A stretch of 64,000 nt of DNA from Lingula anatina. Taxonomy: Eukaryota; Animalia; Brachiopoda. The DNA lies in assembly GCA_051362555.1 (NCBI GenBank), contig CM120647.1, positions 17,026,651 to 17,090,650 on the forward strand. Direction: 5' to 3'. The position numbers were made by a program, and so were the translations under genes. A model generated the notes under the pieces. The model did not search any database. It worked only from the letters and a program-made list of their open reading frames with translations, and had not been told where the DNA came from. Shown here piece after piece: positions 59,401 through 64,000 of the stretch. Numbering within the stretch: position 1 is the stretch's first letter; each line of letters begins with the position of its first letter.

Positions 59401-62400
59401 TTGTATATCTGCTATCCCGATCGATAATCCGGGTGCCACATTTCATCCCCAGTCCCCGACCATGGTTTATCATGAACGGTTAAATTCGCCATATACAGGA
59501 AGCCATGAATGTTTGAGAGTTTGTTTTATACTAAGATTGATTTTGCCTTTGCCCATGATATTAAAGAGTGCAATGGGATCAAAGGCGGTTCACAATAGAC
59601 GCGTTTTAGTTTTAGAGTGACCCTAAGAAGAGAGGAAAAAAAAAACATCCAAATGTGTAATAACTGGTGCGATTTCCATATAAGCAATTGCAGAGATGGA
59701 AATTTTGAATAACATATATTTTGCAAATAAATAAAATATATTATTTTTCTGCTGAACACGGTTAACAGGTGGTATGAGGTGCTGTCATACCGATAAAGCT
59801 AATGAATCAATTCAAGTTCGTTGGCTTTCATTGATAGGCCTGCTCGGAAAGTTCCTAGTCAGATAACTTTATTTTCATTTTGTTTTGCACTGAGATAACG
59901 TTTGCTTTCACCTTTGACGATATATAGTGCGATGAGGTCCACAGCTGTTCACACCTTTGCGGTTTTAGGATTGGGTAGTCTTTACTCTTTCAAATGTCGA
60001 CTGCGGACTTGCCCCGGGTACTGTGTGAACACATGAACTGTCTTGAGAAGCAAGGGTGCAAAAAAGGAAATGAGGGGCATGAAAAGACAACATGTGTCCT
60101 TGTTGAAAACAAAAGCAACAGAGACTTAAAAAATAAATAAATATTTTCTCTCTGATAATCCCACCGAGAAAGATAGCACATTTTGATGAAATGCAGATCA
60201 TACGGAATTTGCTCTTGCTCAATTCAAGTACAAGATCTGTGGTACCAATCTAAGGACTTTTCACTGAATAGAAAGGAAATATTCTTGACGACGCAGACTT
60301 TATTCTAATGACCAGCAATATGTTCGTTTTAAATCGATCATTTAATGTAAACTTTCTAAAATATACCGTATTTTTATGTAAAAGGTAATTTGCTAGGACC
60401 CAGTAGAGCCCAGATTCGTTCTCGTGACATCCGGGTCCCGATTCAGGTGGGGGACTGGGGTTGTCGTGATGGACTAACGTGCCTCATCCGGGATTCGAAC
60501 TCGTGACTTTGCGTTGCCATGGTTTGGGGGCGCTTTGGGTATCTTATTTGCATCCAAGCACGCTACCGACTCCACCGTGACAGACCCGCCCACCCTCCGT
60601 ACTTACGAGTTTCCTCTTATAGTAACCAATCGGAATTTTTAAAATTTAAATCTGGAAAATAAAAGAAAGTGCTATACTTGGTGGGTCTCGAACCATGATA
60701 CCAGTGATCGTCTGTATACGAGACAGCAAAGTTACCACGGAGCCACGCCAGCTTCGTTGATACGACCTGATCCGATGGAAACTTTCAACCTTGCCACGAA
60801 GAGAGCCAGGTTGGATGTACATTTGTATATCTGCTATCCCGATCGATAATCCGGGTGCCACATTTCATCCCCAGTCCCCGACCATGGTTTATCATGAACG
60901 GTTAAATTCGCCATATACAGGAAGCCATGAATGTTTGAGAGTTTGTTTTATACTAAGATTGATTTTGCCTTTGCCCATGATATTAAAGAGTGCAATGGGA
61001 TCAAAGGCGGTTCACAATAGACGCGTTTTAGTTTTAGAGTGACCCTAAGAAGAGAGGAAAAAAAACATCCAAATGTGTAATAACTGGTGCGATTTCCATA
61101 TAAGCAATTGCAGAGATGGAAATTTTGAATAACATATATTTTGCAAATAAATAAAATATATTATTTTTCTGCTGAACACGGTTAACAGGTGGTATGAGGT
61201 GCTGTCATACCGATAAAGCTAATGAATCAATTCAAGTTCGTTGGCTTTCATTGATAGGCCTGCTCGGAAAGTTCCTAGTCAGATAACTTTATTTTCATTT
61301 TGTTTTGCACTGAGATAACGTTTGCTTTTATCTTTGACGATATATAGTGCGATGAGGTCCACAGCTGTTCACGCCTTTGCGGTTTTAGGATTGAGTAGTC
61401 TTTACTCTTTCAAATGTCGACTGCGGACTTGCCCCGGGTACTGTGTGAACACATGAACTGTCTTGAGAAGCAAGGGTGCAAAAAAGGAAATGAGGGGCAT
61501 GAAAAGACAACATGTGTCCTTGTTCAAAACAAAAGCAACAGAGACTTAAAAAATAAATAAATATTTTCTCTCTGATAATCCCACCGAGAAAGATAGCACA
61601 TTTTGATGAAATGCAGATCATACGGAATTTGTTCTTGCTCAATTCAAGTACAAGATCTGTGGCACCAATCTAAGGACTTTTCACTGAATAGAAAGGAAAT
61701 ATTCTTGACGACGCAGACTTTATTCTAATGACCAGCAATATGTTCGTTTTAAATCGATCATTTAATGTAAACTTTCTAAAATATACCGTATTTTTTTTGC
61801 AAAAGGTAATTTGCTAGGACCCAGTAGAGCCCAGATTCGTTCTCGTGACATCCGGGTCCCGATTCAGGTGGGGGACTGGGGTTGTCGTGATGGACTAACG
61901 TGCCTCATCCGGGATTATCCGATGGAAACTTTCAACCTTGCCACGAAGAGAGCCAGGTTGGATGTACATTTCTATATCTGCTATCCCGATCGATAATCCG
62001 GGTGCCACATTTCATCCCCAGTCCCCGACCATGGTTTATCATGAACGGTTAAATTCGCCATATACAGGAAGCCATGAATGTTTGAGAGTTTGTTTTATAC
62101 TAAGATTGATTTTGCCTTTGCCCATGATATTAAAGAGTGCAATGGGATCAAAGGCGGTTCACAATAGACGCGTTTTAGTTTTAGAGTGACCCTAATAAGA
62201 GAGGAAAAAAAACATCCAAATGTGTAATAACTGGTGCGTTTTCCATATAAGCAATTGCAGAGATGGAAATTTTGAATAACATATATTTTGCAAAGAAATA
62301 AAATATATTATTTTTCTGCTGAACACGGTTAACAGGTGGTATGAGGTGCTGTCATACCGATAAAGCTAATGAATCAATTCAAGTTCGTTGGCTTTCATTG

Positions 62401-64000
62401 ATAGGCCTGCTCGGAAAGTTCCTAGTCAGATAACTTTATTTTTATTTTGTTTTGCACTGAGATAACGTTTGCTTTTATCTTTGACGATATATAGTGCGAT
62501 GAGGTCCACAGCTGTTCACGCCTTTGCGGTTTTAGGATTGAGTAGTCTTTACTCTTTCAAATGTCGACTGCGGACTTGCCCCGGGTACTGTGTGAACACA
62601 TGAACTGTCTTGAGAAGCAAGGGTGCAAAAAAGGAAATGAGGGGCATGAAAAAACAACATGTGTCCTTGTTGAAAGCAAAAGCAACAGAGACTTAAAAAA
62701 TAAATAAATATTTTCTCTCTGATAATCCCACCGAGAAAGATAGCACATTTTGATGAAATGCAGATCATACGGAATTTGCTCTTGCTCAATTCAAGTACAA
62801 GATCTGTGGCACCAATCTAAGGACTTTTCACTGAATAGAAAGGAAATATTCTTGACGACGCAGACTTTATTCTAATGACCAGCAATATGTTCGTTTTAAA
62901 TCGATCATTTAATGTAAACTTTCTAAAATATACCGTATTTTTTTTGCAAAAGGTAATTTGCTAGGACCCAGGAGAGCCCAGATTCGTTCTCGTGACATCC
63001 GGGTCCCGATTCAGGTGGGGGACTGGGGTTGTCGTGATGGACTAACGTGCCTCATCCGGGATTCGAACTCGTGACTTTGCGTTGCCATGGTTTGGGGGCG
63101 CTTTGGGTATCTCATTTGCATCCAAGCACGCTACCGACTGCACCGTGACAGACCCGCCCACCCTCCGTACTTACGAGTTTCCTCTTATAGTAACCAATCG
63201 GAATTTTTAAAATTTAAATCTGGAAAATAAAAGAAAGTGCTATACTTGGTGGGTCTCGAACTATGGTACCAGAGATCGTCTGTATACGAGACAGCAAAGT
63301 TACCACGGAGCCACGCCTGCTTCGTTGATACGACCTAATCCGATGGAAACTTTCAACCTTGCCACGAAGAGAGCCAGGTTGGATGTACATTTGTATATCT
63401 GCTATCCCGATCGATAATCCGGGTGCCACATTTCATCCCCAGTCCCCGACCATGGTTTATCATGAACGGTAAAATTCGCCATATACAGGAAGCCATGAAT
63501 GTTTGAGAGTTTGTTTTTTTGATTTTGCCTTTGCCCATGATATTAAAGAGTGCAATGGGATCAAAGGCGGTTCACAATATAGACGCGTTTTAGTTTTAGA
63601 GTGACCCTAAGAAGAGAGGAAAAAAAACATCCAAATGTGTAATAACTGGTGCGATTTGCATATAAGCAATTGCAGAGATGGAAATTTTGAATAACATATA
63701 TTTTGCAAATAAATAAAATATATTATTTTTCTGCTGAACACGGTTAACAGGTGGTATGAGGTGCTGTCATACCGATAAAGCTAATGAATCAATTCAAGTT
63801 CGTTGGCTTTCATTGATAGGCCTGCTCGGAAAGTTCCTAGTCAGATAACTTTATTTTCATTTTGTTTTGCACTGAGATAACGTTTGCTTTCACCTTTGAC
63901 GATATATAGTGCGATGAGGTCCACAGCTGTTCACACCTTTGCGGTTTTAGGATTGAGTAGTCTTTACTCTTTCAAATGTCGACTGCGGACTTGCCCCGGG

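Larger units (their letters stand above)
54940..64000. repeat. Tandem array of ~1.42-kb units (about 6.5 copies, runs off the window end)
   Basis: The marker aatttttaaaatttaaatctgg occurs at 54961, 56380, 57801, 59212, 60634 and 63202. Periods are 1419, 1421, 1411, 1422 and 1421+1147; units are nearly identical; a rearranged, diverged partial copy lies at ~54276-54939. Confidence 0.95.

Noticed and set aside
54966-63538. Repeated 60-100 aa ORFs in the tandem array as a protein gene family
   Set aside because: They recur only because the DNA is repeated. They overlap on both strands, most have non-ATG starts, they show no domain, and some are broken by indels or stops.
54940-64000. Array as 5S rRNA, U snRNA, spliced-leader, histone cluster or CRISPR
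   Set aside because: No recognisable sequence of those RNAs or of histone ORFs, no repeat-spacer structure, and the context is eukaryotic.

Overview
Eukaryotic, intron-rich, AT-rich animal genomic DNA, probably from a marine invertebrate (lophotrochozoan or non-vertebrate deuterostome; the taxon cannot be fixed from the sequence). Four spliced protein-coding genes were rebuilt by hand, each with GT-AG introns and consistent phases: (1) a 5'-truncated SLC5A/SGLT-SMIT-type Na+:solute symporter (+, 1-14933); (2) a CRT-like (chloroquine-resistance-transporter family) membrane protein (+, 17138-23326); (3) an unnamed ~473-aa protein with one Ig I-set domain and a hydrophobic C-terminal anchor, which appears to use a 10-nt microexon (-, 25098-39541); (4) PRDM14 (-, 42231-49980). 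Non-coding DNA holds Helentron-associated (HINE/DINE-like) elements with a 161-bp internal satellite, several families of palindromic MITE-like elements, and a triplicated splice acceptor. From ~54.3 kb to the window end there is a homogeneous ~1.42-kb tandem array whose units each carry two degenerate tRNA-derived (Pol III A/B-box) modules; one unit junction lacks both. Most ORFs in the supplied track are spurious or single exons.
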